This document shows positions 22,090 through 33,599 of a stretch of DNA of 64,000 nt, one piece after another. The notes below the pieces were generated by a model. The model ran no database searches. It saw nothing but the letters and a program-made list of their open reading frames with translations, and had not been told where the DNA came from. The stretch is from the NCBI RefSeq assembly GCF_963921235.1, contig NC_086097.1, positions 94,614,001 through 94,678,000 on the forward strand, read 5' to 3'. This DNA comes from Mobula hypostoma (lineage: Eukaryota). The stretch's first letter is position 1. Each line of letters begins with the position of its first letter. The translations under genes were made by a program, and so were the position numbers.

Positions 22090-23230
22090 ACTTCAAAGTC
22101 CAAATGTTCAAAATAAATTTATTGTCAAAATACATATGTGGTATGTCGCCAAATACAACCCTGAGATTCACCTTCTTATGGGCATTCACAGTAAATACAT
22201 AGAATCAATGAAAAACCGTACATAACAACATGGACAAAGGACAAATGTGCAAAAGACAACAAACTGTGCAAGGACAAAAAGAAATAAAAACCAGACTTAA
22301 TAATAATAATGTAACACGCTGTAAGGTTTCACTGCTAAGGCTAATGTAATGACTTCTATGTAATGTTCCACTGCTAAGGTAATGGTTTCTCTGTAGCAGC
22401 AGTGTTTAGATTATGACGAGAGATAATGGGGCATGTTAGCCAATGAGGGGATGTTGTTCTTTCTTGTGTGTCTGGGAGCCGGAATTTTGCGTTTTTTTCG
22501 TCGGGGAGCGATGGAGAGAGAGGATGTGAATGGAGAGAGTCAGAGGACCACTGGACGGAGTGGACTGAGGGGCGAGGGTCTGGGGACCGACTATGCTCGG
22601 AGGTCGATGGGAACAAATGAACAAGCAGTCAACTCTAACGTCATGCAATAGGCTGTTTCATGAGAATGGGCCCTTTTTTTTGGTTTCTTTACTAACCATA
22701 TAGTCAAGTTAAGAATGATAAAACCCAGTCGTTTAATCGCATATTGTGTACTGTTTGATATTTTGCATTGTGGGTTTCTAACTTGGCAACACATCAGACA
22801 GCATCCACACAAACGTGATTTCTCAGTTTGATGGGGCCAGAGGCTGTTTTCCCCAAGATGACCATGGGCTGGCCGAACCTGAGGACCCGAGGGTTGTAGT
22901 AATAATAATATTAATACTAATAATAAATAAGCAATAAATATTGAGAACGTGAGATGAAGAATCCCTGAAAGTTAGAACAGAGGTTGTGGGAACAATTCAG
23001 TGATGGGGCAAGTGAAGTTATGCCTTTGGTTCAAGATCCTGATGGTTCAGGGGTAGTAGCAGCTGTTCCTGAACCTGCTGGTGTGAGTGCTGAGGCCGCA
23101 GTACCTTCTCCTGATGGCAGCAGCGAGAAGAGAGCTTGTCCTGTGTGATGGGGGTCCCTGATGATGGATGCTGCTTTCTTGTGACAGTGCTCCTTCGTGT
23201 AGCCACGGCAAAATCTCTGTGGAGAAGGAC
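22090..23230 (-). mobile_element. Rex1-type LINE 3' relic, interrupted at 22310-22898
   Basis: SIHHQGPP...RRRY...THTSRFRNS fragments (23018-23283); AATAAA-containing tail near 22110. Confidence 0.7.
22310..22898. mobile_element. Candidate solo LTR of a different family, inserted in a (TAA)n tract
   Basis: Begins TGTAAC, ends GGGTTGTA (degenerate ...GTTACA), about 590 bp, flanked by TAA repeats; no clear TSD. Confidence 0.45.
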
Positions 23231-23374
23231 CTCAGTTTCGGGTCCTGCTGCCATTGGACACTGAGGGACTGGGTCTCAAACACCAGATTGATGTATTATT
23301 CAAGGATACCATGAGCGGTAACGGTGCTTTGTACTGTACATAGAATATATTATCTTGTTGGCACCACAAATGTA

Positions 23375-23557
23375 CAGAACTGTGCAAAAGTCTTAGGTAC
23401 ATATATATGGCACCCTCGCCGTTCCCAACATCCTTTGCTCCCACCAGATTTACAAACTCAGTCTCCTCTCCACGTTGACAAACACAATACTGTGCAACAG
23501 TCTTAGACACCCTAGCTCTATATATATATATGTGCCTAAAACTTTTGCACGGTACCG
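23375..23557. mobile_element. Tc1/mariner-type MITE with an extra internal TIR copy (about 23486)
   Basis: TA|CAGAACTGTGCAAAAGTCTTAGG ... CCTAAAACTTTTGCACGGTACCG|TA: imperfect TIRs with TA flanks. Confidence 0.65.
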
Positions 23558-23785
23558 TATAAATCTGAAAAAACTATGAATATATGGAAGGATGAGATTT
23601 TGATTCTGCTGTTAATGGTTACCATAACAACCAACTGAATGCATAGACCATCTTTACTCCCGTAAACCACCCCATGAGAGTTCTCGGGCCAATTACCAGG
23701 GATGATCTGACACCAAGGGGAGCGGACCAGAATGGTGAAATCAGGAGAGGTGGGGAGGGAAGGATGAAATTCCATGGTTTAACAT

Positions 23786-23868
23786 CAGGGGTTCCCAACC
23801 TGCGGTCCACAGACCCCTCTGTTAATGGTTATGGGGGTCCATGACATAGAAAAGGTTGGAGATCCCTG
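23786..23868. mobile_element. 83-bp hAT MITE
   Basis: CAGGGGTTCCCAACCT...AGGTTGGAGATCCCTG; flanks GTTTAACAT / GTTTAAAT (TSD with a 1-bp indel). Confidence 0.8.
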
Positions 23869-24999
23869 GTTTAAATGAAGATATAGTTACCAGCAGAGGT
23901 GCACTGAAGCGCTCCAGGATCTTTCAAGAGAAGAGATTTGGATGACCGAAGATATCAAGAAGAGCTGAGCAGCTGGGGTTGGTTGCCATGAAGGACAGGG
24001 TCAAGGCCAGAGGGGGATTCGGACAGCCGGTAGACACATAGCATCCAACGTGCACCATCGGTAACCCAGGGCTGCCTTGTATTTTCAGCCTGGATTTCAG
24101 ATTTCCAGAGGTCTGCAGATCACAGTTGAATCTTCCCATTTATCATTCAAAATAGGCCAGTGAAATCAGCATGAAATAAATGTCTGTGCCTTGAAGAAAG
24201 GGGGGTGATTGTTGAGGAATGAGAATGGGTTGAAAGGTCTGGGTTAATGAGGTCCCTTCAGAGACAAGTGCCTCATAGTTTCCCCCAGCGCCTTATTAGT
24301 GAAAGTTAAACAGGATTTAGCTTTGTGTTTGCCGGGTGATTGAGAGGCATGCTTGAAACTCACTACAATAAGCACTCTCTCTGGCCAGAACATCAAAGAA
24401 CTGCACAAGAACCAACTCTGCCCATAAGCTACACGGCTGAACTTTACATCAACAGCAAGCGCTTTTATCTAAAAGTAGAATGCTTCCTATTGTCCCATCT
24501 CTGAATAAAAGAGACTTAAACTCTGGGCTCAAACAATTCATGAAAATCTTAGACATGGGAAAATCTTAACAAGCGTCTCTTCCATTGAGAGATATGAAAC
24601 CGGGGAGAGTGAGTTAATTAGCCTTTGAAAGCAAGAGAGGGTGGGCTCTTTAATGCATCCCCCCCCCCCAGTTGATTAGCTCATGGCTGAACTGCACCCT
24701 AACCCCATCGATTCGTTCTGAGAGGGGTTAAGTGATGAAATGCTTCTGCATTCCCCCTCCACTCCTGAATGGCCCCACACTAACTGCGAGTTGTTTCTCC
24801 CTTGTCTTGGTCCACTTTGCCATTCTGCTCCCCAGTGGGGTGGCTCCAGGTTGGATTCAGCAGGTTCACCGTGGCCCACGCTGGGGGACACCAGGTGCAT
24901 CTGGAAGTGAGGGGTTGCAGCACACAACTTCCTGCATTTCAAGTGCAAGTCCAAGTCTGCTCGTTGTTGCCCAAGGCATCCATACCAAGTGTATAAATA

Positions 25000-25700
25000 C
25001 CATGGAAGTAAGGCTGAGGCTGGACTGAGGGAGCTGCAACCTACAGGCAGACCAAGTGATCCCACAGCTAAATGGATCAGATCATAGCCCTGAGGGCCTG
25101 CCGCGTGCAGTTGGGCAGTTCATGTAAGGGTGTGGGTCCAGGTGATCTAGTGTTTGTAATCAGTCTTCGCCTCAGCATCATCAGGGAAATGGATGGTGCT
25201 ATCCACAGTACTGTGAAGCGGCACTTCCTCCCCGGTGACCTGCTCACCGATGCCCGGTTCCAGATGCACCAGAACTATTCAGCTTCAGGCCTCACCGCCT
25301 TCACAGGTCCAGGCTTCACAAGATATGAACCAAAGAGCTGAATTTCCAGAGGGGACTCGAGAGCGCCTGTCCTTGACATTCAGGTTTGACCCTCATGTGG
25401 GATCAAAGGGTCCTGGTAAAACTGAGGTCAGTGGGAAAATGCAGGAGTGCTTGGGGGACTCACTGTGCATGAACAAAGTTGCTGAGGCTCACCCAGGAGT
25501 TCCTGAGGATTGTGTCTTATATCCAACCATCTTCAGCTGCTTCATCGATGACCTTCCACCCTAGAATCATTTGGAGACCGTTCTACCATGTATATGCTGT
25601 AGTTCCAATCACAACATCATATATATGGCTGGAGCAAGATCACAACACTCAGACCTGGACAGCTAGTAGCTTTCGCACTCCGACCAGCAGGCCTTAAAGG
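25000..25700 (+). mobile_element. Highly decayed CR1/L2-group LINE RT fragment of a different family
   Basis: ISLRLSIIREMDG...LLTDARF and GVPEDCVLYPTIFSCFIDDLP correspond to RT motifs ([23 protein letters not shown]). Confidence 0.7.
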
Positions 25701-26319
25701 GGTCATTAACCAGAAGGCAACCTTTAAAAACTTAGATTTCTTCCGACCCTGAGCCCCGTTAGCCACATGTAGGCAGTAATCTTTTCATGCTCCAGTACTC
25801 CCCAGGATTTAAACTACCAGACATCCGAGTCATGCACTAGAATCTGACAATGCACTGGAAATCCTTTTAGTGGCATATTGCCACCATCTAATAACCCCAT
25901 CAGCATGAGGGTTGAATCGAAGGCTACAAGCGTTGGCTGACCATTCAACCTTGAAGTGGGTTTTGGGTGAAGCCGAACTTTCCCCCATTGTTCATAGAGC
26001 ACTTTACAGCACAGAACAGCCCCTTCAGCCCACAGTGATGAGCTGAACCACTGTTCAAAGTTCAAAGTAAATTTATTATCAAAGTGCATACATGTCACCA
26101 TATACAAACCCTGAGATTCATTTTCCTGCAGGCATTCGCAGTAAATTCAAGAAGCACAGTAGATTCAATGAAAGACCACACCCAACAACTAACATGCAAA
26201 AGACAACAAACTCTGCAAAGAAAAAATAAATAAATAAATAAACAAACAATAATTATCGAAAATATGAGATGGAGAGTCATTGAAAGTGAGTCCATAGGTT
26301 GTGGGAACAGTTCAGTGAT

Positions 26320-27250
26320 GTTGGACTATCTACATGTTGATTTAAGAAACCCAGATACTGCCCCATCTAAACCCCTTGCACTCAAAAGGCCCCAGTTTAT
26401 ATCAGGGAAGTTGAAGTCCCCTGTGACAACAACTCTATTGTTGTTACACCTTTCCTTAATCTGCCTGCATATCTGTTCCTCAATGCCCCAGTGGCTACTG
26501 GGGGGTGTGGTCTGCAGTACAATCCCATCAGAGTGATTGCACCCTTCCTAGTTTTGAGTTCCATCCATACAGACTCAGTGAATGAGCCTCCATTATGTCC
26601 CCTCTCAGAGCAGCTGTGGTATTGGCTCTGATTAGTAGGTCAACTTCCCCATCCCACCCCATCCCACCTTTTACCTCCCTCTATCTTTTCTAAGACTGGT
26701 TGGTGGCGCAGCGAGATCAGCGCCGGACTCCGGAGCGAAGGTTCCCGAGTTCGAATCTAGTCGGGCCGCTCCCGAGCACGCTTTCCATCCGTGTCGGGTT
26801 GAGTGTCGAGCTCGCAACTTGGCCTCGTAAAACAAAGACTGTGCTGTGAGAAGGACGTGGGGGACCACTCACAGAATCTTTGCTCCAAGACAACCACTTG
26901 AAAAAGTGGTCGCTGAGGCTCTGGCAGAGTATGATGCACACAAAAAAAAATGTTTTCTAAAACATCAAAACCCTGGAACATTAAGCACCCAATCCTGTCT
27001 CTCTCTCTCTCTCTCTCAATTAAGTCATTACATTATACAGTTCCATGTACTGACCCTTGCTCTAAATTCATCACATTTACCATAAAACTCCTAGCACTAA
27101 AACACTTTAATCTGTCTATCCCATCGTGTCTATTACTCTGCTCCTGTCTGTTTTTATGGCCCTTTCACTCCATCCCTCCACTTCCCGACCTGGTGCCCTG
27201 ATTCCCATCCCCTGCCTGGAAGATTCAAAGGTCGGAAATAAGCATGGCTA
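26320..27250 (-). mobile_element. Old CR1 endonuclease-region relic
   Basis: Plus strand GGGAAGTTGAAGTCCCCTGTGACAACAAC reads VVVTGDFNFP on the minus strand; collinear with 13420-13750. Confidence 0.7.
26694..26952 (+). mobile_element. tRNA-derived SINE with oligo-A tail
   Basis: A box TGGCGCAGCGAG, B box GTTCGAATC, A9 tail, TSD TTTTCTAA (26686-26693, 26953-26960). Confidence 0.85.
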
Positions 27251-28307
27251 TCCTCCCAAATTTAGCTGAAGCTTCCAGGCTCGAAGATAAATCCTGTGAA
27301 CAACCTGAGGGTCTGTAAAATGATATCGTTTTTATTCATCCTCCCACTGAACTAATTAATTTATTAATGTGAGCAGGAATCCAGAGCCTGCACGTTTCCC
27401 ATCAGGCCATGGGGATGGTGCCCAAGGGTGGGATGATGGGAGCAGTAGGCCGCAATATACAGTAGCAAGTCCCCTGAGAAAACAAAGAAGGCCCAGCGTT
27501 CCTCTCTTGTGGCGCTGCTGTATTTAGACAGAGCTGATCAGCCATTTGAGGGAAGAACCATGCAATGGGAAAAGCCACCACCTCACAGCTCCAGAGACCT
27601 GGGTTTGATCTTCATCTTGGGCATCGCCTCTGTGGAGTTTGCCCGTGATGGCGTGGGTGCTCTGAGCTCCTTCTACATTGCAAACACATGCAAGCTGCTG
27701 GATTAACTTGCAGCTGTAAATTATCCGCAGTGTATCCCCAGTGTTGGGACTGTGGAGAGAAAGGTGCTAGGGAAAATTAGTGGGATTTCACTCTGGGAAT
27801 TCTCCGAGAGCCAGCCTACACTCAATGGGCCCTGGCTTTCTTCTACGCTCTATGGAAGCAAGAATGGGTTGAGAGTTTCCTGATAGTACAAACCAGCAAC
27901 TCACCACAAAGGGTAATATTTCTTACTCTTTTGCTATCTTAGTGAAAAATAACATAAGCTTCCTCACGCAGGTATCTCTCTATCTCTTTGTTAGAGTTCA
28001 CGCATTTAAGGTGAGAGGAGGTGTGTGAGGTAAGGGTTGATGAAGAGAATGGTGAGAATCTGGAATGTGCTGCGAGGTGTGACAGTGGAGACAAATGCTG
28101 TACATTAGATAGGCACATGAGCAGGTGGAGAATGGAGGCAGGTGGACCAGGTGAAGGCAGAAATGATTGGTGTAAGAGGAACAAGACAGGGAACCCAGTG
28201 CCATGGTGTCACGATAACAACCTTTCCCTCAATGTCAGCAACATAAAGTATCTGGTCACTAACTTCAGGGAGGGACAGTGTACACGCTCCTGCCCATCAG
28301 TTTACAT

Positions 28308-31057
28308 CCGGGGTGTCAAACAATCGGCCTGCGGGCCACATCTGGCCCACAAAGGGGTCCAATCTGGCCCTCGGAATGATTTGGGGGAAAAAAAGTATAT
28401 TCATGACCATTTATTATGTATCTGTACGGCAGCCGCTCTCTCTCCCACCGCTGTCTGGGCCGCCTGCTCCGCCGGCAGCTTGTTGTGTGTACTTAGAAAA
28501 CAATTGGCGGCAGTTAACCACCCGCTGTGCATAAACACCTACCACCCCGCACTGAAGACCACTAGGGCCCCACTTACGTCGTCAGACACAGAATAAACAC
28601 ACAGAGTACTCAGGTAAGTAACACCTGTAGCAAGGCTGAGACTGTTTGCTGCTGTGGTTCAAAATGCTTTCCAAGAAAAGTTGGCATCGAAGGTCGGATA
28701 TTCAATGATAATTGGAAAGATCGTTTTTTCTTCTGTGAGGTCAATGGCAAACCTGTGTGTCTGATATGCTCGCAACAAGTGGCTGTGGCAAAAGAGTACA
28801 ATATCAAACAACACTATGAGACGTCGCAGATACGCAGGATGACTCAGAACGCAAAAGGTAAACGAGCTTGAAGCAGCTCTGAAAAAACAGCAGTCAGTGT
28901 TCACCAAAAGTCGAGAGACTCATGATGGAGCAGTCAAGGCCAGCTATATTATTGCCAACAAAATAGCTGCTGCGTCGAAGCCATACTCAGAGGGGGATCT
29001 CATCAAAGCATGCATGCTGACAGTGGCTGAGCTGGTGTGCCCTGAGAAGAGACAGACTTTTGGTAATATCAGCTTGTCAAGAAATACTGTGGCAGAGAGA
29101 ATCAGGGACCTTGCAGGAGATTTGAACAGTCAACTAAAAGACAAAGTGAAGTCATTTATTGCCTTCTCTATTGCAATTGATGAGAGCACTGACGTGACTG
29201 ATGTAGCTCAATTAGGAATATTTATTCATGGTGTTGATGCATCTTTGACCGTCACCGAGGAGTTTGTGGAGATGGTGCCCATGACAAACACCACAACGGC
29301 GAACGATGTTTTCTCCAGCCTCGTCGAGGCCCTGGACAGACTGAGGGTTGACTGGAGTCACGCTGTCAGCGTGGCAACAGATGGCGTGCCGTCCATGGTG
29401 GGGAAAAGGCAGGTGTTGTTGTGAAACTCAGAGAGAAAGTTCAGACAGAGAATCTAGAGCAGGAATTCTGGAATATTATACACCAAGAGGCGTTATGTAG
29501 CAGGAGCCTGAAAATGGACAATGTCATGGACCTAGTAATCAAAATGGTTAATTTTATTAGAGCCAAGGGACTCAACCATCAGCAATTTGACACTCTTTTG
29601 TCCGAAAGTAATATTGGACACGGCCTACCCTACCACACTTAAGTCTGCTGGTTGAGCAGAGGGGTTGTGCTCAAACGTTCTTTTCAATTACGTGCGGAAA
29701 TTGGACTATTCATGAATGAGAAAGGGAAGCCAGTGGCAGAGTTGGATGACCCAGACAGGCTTCATGATCTTGCGTTTTTGGTGGATATAACAGAGTACTT
29801 AAGTGTGCTTAATGTTAACATGCAAGGCCGCAACAAACTTGTTACGGAATACTAGGACAGCATTCGTGCCTTTCAAATTCAATTAGGCCTGTGGGAGATG
29901 CAACTATCCCAGAGCAACCCAGCTCATTTCCCCTCTTTGCAGTCTGTGCGTGTCGCTCATGGGAATAATGACAACGTGGACAATAACAGGGACAAAATAT
30001 CACAGCTGAAAAGTGAGTTTCAGAATCATTTCCAAGTCTTCACTCAGCTCGAGAAGGAATTCTCACTATTTTGCTCGCCATTTGCCGTCAACGCAGCATC
30101 AGATGTGCTGGAGGAACTCCAAATGGAACTAATTGAAATTCAGTGTAACTTGGCTTTGAAATATAAATTTGAGACTGTGGGTCTGGACTCATTCTATCAA
30201 TACCTGGGACCGACGTACCCCAAGATGACAGACTTTGCCTCAAAGATCCTTTGCATGTTCGGGACAACATATCTCTGTGAGCAGGCGTTCTCCATAATGA
30301 ACATTAACAAATCCAAACTGTGCTCGCAGCTGACACACAGACATCTAAGTGACATTATGAAAATCACAACTGCCCAGAAACTGGTCCCTGATGTTGACAG
30401 GCTGGTTAAAGCCAAGAGATGTCAGGTGTCTGGAAGCAGCAAGTGAAAAATGAGTGACACTGTTCGATGCACTGCGACGTGTAAGCAAAATGCATTATGA
30501 AATATTAAGTGTCATAATATTGTGATTCATTCATTTTCTGACTGTTCTATTATTGTAAATGTGATCACTTCAATAACAATTAGAGGCTAACTGTGTTCAT
30601 TGTCTGAGTTTGATTGCTGGAAGCAGGGAGGCTAATAAAAATTAGGTGTAGTTGTATAGCCTACATTTACAATTTGTTTCGTTAGGTCTACATTTGTGTC
30701 TGCTAATGTTCGATTTCAAATGGTTTATTAATGGAAAGGGTGTGGCTCCCAAAACAATCTTAGCCAAAATAGCATCATTTTTTCTCTCTCTCATCACAAC
30801 TTTCTTGTAGCCTACGACTGTAAGTTAATACCAATCATAAAAATATGCTTGCTAGGCAATCTTCTTCATAAGAAACAAAATTCGTAAAGTGAAACACTTT
30901 GTAGTTATAGCAGAGACTGAGACACATGTGAGCAGGTTGAAAAAACGAAGGCAACGAAAGCTGTGGAAGTACACACGTGTGCACAACTGATCCAGCCTGC
31001 ATGAAGTCGTATTTTGCCCAGTCCGGCCCATGACCTAAAATGAGTTTGACACTCCTG
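28308..31057 (+). mobile_element. Full-length (2750 bp) decayed hAT DNA transposon, SPIN/Buster/GTF2IRD2-like
   Basis: 14-bp TIRs CCGGGGTGTCAAAC / GTTTGACACTCCTG (2 mismatches); 8-bp flanks GTTTACAT / GTGTACAC; internal transposase. Confidence 0.93.
28664..30446 (+). pseudogene. hAT transposase pseudogene
   Basis: BED-like finger KPVCLICSQQVAVAKEYNIKQHYET; catalytic motifs DESTD, TDG and CEQAFS; IIHQEALC with the preceding HC lost; frameshift near 29410; stops at 29640-29642 and 29853-29855. Confidence 0.92.
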
Positions 31058-31459
31058 GTGTACACACTTCTGCCCATCAGGGTCTGAGAGGACTGAAAGG
31101 TTCAGGTCCTCAAAAGAGAATATTACCTGGTCCAACCATATTGACGTCAGCAGCATCTCACTCGTTCAGAAAGCTAAAGAAATTTGGCACATCCCTTTGG
31201 ACTCCTGACAATTTTTATCAATGCATCGTAGAAAGCTCTATCAGGATTCATCGTGGCTTGATACGGTAACTGCCCTGCCCATGCCTGCAAGAAACTGCTG
31301 AGAGCCATGGACACAGCTCAGCCCATCAAGGAAGCCAGCCTCCCCTCCATGGACTCTGTCTACACTTCTCGTTGCCTGGAGTCAACGTAGTCAAAGACCT
31401 CACTCACCATAGGCATTCTGTATTTCTCCCTCGCATCCTCCCATCAGACAGAAGATATA

Positions 31460-31950
31460 AAAATCACAGAAAGGGTGCAGAGGAGAATTACTGCGATGTT
31501 GCCTGGATTGGGGAGTGTGCCTTATGAGAAAAGGTTGAGTGAACTCTGTCTTTTCTCCTTGGAGCGAAGGAGGATGAGAGGTGACCTGATAGAGGTGTAT
31601 AAGATGATGAGAGGTATTGATCATGTGGATAGTCAGAGGCTTTTCCCCAGGGCTGAAATGGCTAACATGGGAGGGCACAGTTTTAAGGTGCTTGGAAGTA
31701 GGTACAGAGGAGATGTCAGGGGTAAGATTTTTACACAGAGAGTTGTGAGCGCGTGGAATGGGCTGCCGGCGACAATGGTGGAGGCAGATACAATAGGGGT
31801 CTTTTATGAGACTCCTGGATGAGTACATGGAGCTTAGAAAAATAGAGGGCTATGGGTAACCCTAGGTAATTTCTAAGGTAGGGACATGTTTGGCACAGCT
31901 TTGTGGGCCGAAAGGCCTGTATTGTGCTGTAGGTTTTCTATGCTCCATGT
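31460..31950 (+). mobile_element. CR1 3' fragment
   Basis: ORF 31475-31822 VQRR..AMLPGL...SLERRRMRGDLIEVYK; tail nearly identical to 50095-50502. Confidence 0.9.
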
Positions 31951-31953
31951 TCT

Positions 31954-32385
31954 AACCTGATAGCATGAATATCGATTTCTCCTTCCAGTAAAAAAAATTC
32001 CCTCCTCCTCCCGTCTTCTATTCCCATCTCTGGCCTCTTACCTCTTCTCACCTGCCTATCACCTCCTCCTGGGTCCTCAGCTCCTTTCCTTTTTCCAATG
32101 GTTCTCTCTCCTCTCCTATGATTCCTTCCTCGCCAGCCCTTTACCTTTCCCACCCACCTAGCTTCACCTATCACCTTCTAGTTATCCTCCTTCCCCTTTC
32201 CCCACACCTTTTTATTCTGGCATCTTCCCCCTTCCTTTTCCAGTCCTGAAGAAGGGTCTCGGCCTGAAACGTTGACTGTTTATTCATTTCCATCGATGCT
32301 GCCTGGCCAGCTGAGATGCTCCAGCATTGTGTGTGTGTTGCTCTGGAGTTCCAGCCTCTGCAGGCTTCCTTGTGTTGATGATTTA
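31954..32385 (+). mobile_element. Penelope-like element 3' end / pseudo-LTR fragment
   Basis: Starts with the ORF end (PDSMNIDFS, compare QPDGMNIDFSNFR at 61931), then a pyrimidine-rich UTR and the conserved GATGCTGCCTGGCC...CCAGCA box. Confidence 0.88.
32241..32278 (+). ncRNA. Minimal type-I hammerhead ribozyme motif with intact core
   Basis: CAGTC-CTGAAGA-AGG(GTCTCGG)CCT-GAAA-CG-TT-GACTG: stem I CAGTC/GACTG, CUGANGA core, stem II AGG/CCT, GAAA, loopless palindromic stem III (AACGTT); predicted cleavage after 32273. Confidence 0.8.
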
Positions 32386-33599
32386 CTATACCTCAATACA
32401 CATGACAATAATAGAGCAATTTACCAATTAATTAGCCGTCATTAGTCCGGCACAATATTGTGGCCTGTGTTGGACCTTATTTTCACGGATTTTATGCAGA
32501 CTTGTGTTTAATAATCCTTTCCTGAGGTAAGTGAGGGCAACTCCTCGCCATGCTCCTCTCAGTGGTAGGAAGGACCCCACATTCCTCAGCAAAGCCCTCA
32601 CCCGAGGCCTTGACTGGCTTCCTCCAAAACAAAACGAATGGCTGCTGTCATCTCCTGCCCATCTACAGGCGAATGAGCTCACAGCTTTAAAGGTGCAGAG
32701 GCAAATGAACAAGAAGCTGCCAAGGAATCAGCCCATCAGCTGCTCATCCAGAACTGTCTCTGCTCCAACTCCTCACTGAAATACGTGGAGAGGCTCTGCC
32801 GTCCTCCTGAATGCTTGAAAGAGCCAGCATTGACTTGGTGGGCAGATCGACATCCTCCAGAACCTTCACAAACAAGAGAAAGCCTGCCCCTGCTGGAAAT
32901 CCAAGCAACACACACACACGATGCTGGAGGAACTCAGCAGGCCAGGCAGCATCTATGGAAAAGAGTACACAGTCGATGTTTCGGGCTTATTGAGTTCCTC
33001 CAGCATTTTGTTTGTGTTCTTCCATTACCATTGCTATTGTGAAATTATCACTTGGAGAATTTATTTTGGGAGAACGAGAATGGGATTAGTGTAAATATCT
33101 GTGTGATAGTTAGCACAGGCTCAGTGGACTGAATATCTTGTTATGTAAGTTGACGTCTCCACAGCTCATTTCTAGTTTACACTGGGCAGGTATCACATGC
33201 TTTAATATTTTGCAACAGTGGGTGTATTTCAAAAGCCTTAGGCAATGTGTGGCAATGCAGTCATGTGAAGTCACTCTTTAAATACACTTCTTCCTTGTAT
33301 TGTACAGCACAGTCCAGAGTAAACGGGTACAGGTCAGACACATATCTCTCTGCTCAAAGGTATATGGCACTGCTTAAGTAGTGAGTCCTCCCTCCAAAGG
33401 AAAACTGCTCCTACCTTCTTCACTCCTTCCCTGCAAAGTCCCTGAGTGAGTCGCTGTCCTTTCCCGTAGCTCTTGGATTGACGACCTCCAGTCAGGTTTC
33501 CGGCCCTACGACCTTGCATAGGCAGCGCTGGTCACCAACGACTGCGGCGGGGACAGCGTAACCCTCGCCTGCCTTCGGGCTGTAGCACGGTTGGGACGC

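Larger units (their letters stand above)
14330..22090 (-). mobile_element. Ancient Tx1-clade LINE ORF2 relic surviving in four pieces (about 14330-14900, 18031-18550, 19288-19428, 21733-22090)
   Basis: Collinear minus-strand translations: DQTSHLF (about 21880, ETCS.FFF-like), IRRGYLLSPILFVI (about 18265-18305, QGCPLSP.LF motif), FELASG...MFFG (about 18075-18135), VKVLGIWF (14869-14892), HSLTLVGK, TRAIFRFSWGSK (about 14663-14698). Confidence 0.75.
28200..31460 (+). mobile_element. Rex1/Babar relic (28200-28307 and 31058-31460) hosting the hAT transposon
   Basis: WCHDNNLSLNVS..K.LV..FR upstream; decayed Rex1 C-terminal sequence resumes downstream. Confidence 0.75.

Noticed and set aside
21864..22103. 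Minus-strand host exon candidates (also 14390-14644 and 17954-18193)
   Set aside because: Better explained as pieces of the Tx1 relic.
24732..25564. Plus-strand ORFs and an apparent donor at about 25008
   Set aside because: They lie in or next to a decayed LINE RT; no coherent protein.
26694..26770. tRNA gene (also the head at about 35655-35723)
   Set aside because: A and B boxes are present, but each runs into a SINE body with a tail (and a TSD for the first); these are SINE heads.
28664..30446. Host gene GTF2IRD2/ZBED-like domesticated transposase
   Set aside because: TIRs are present and the frame has several stops and frameshifts; it is a dead transposon.
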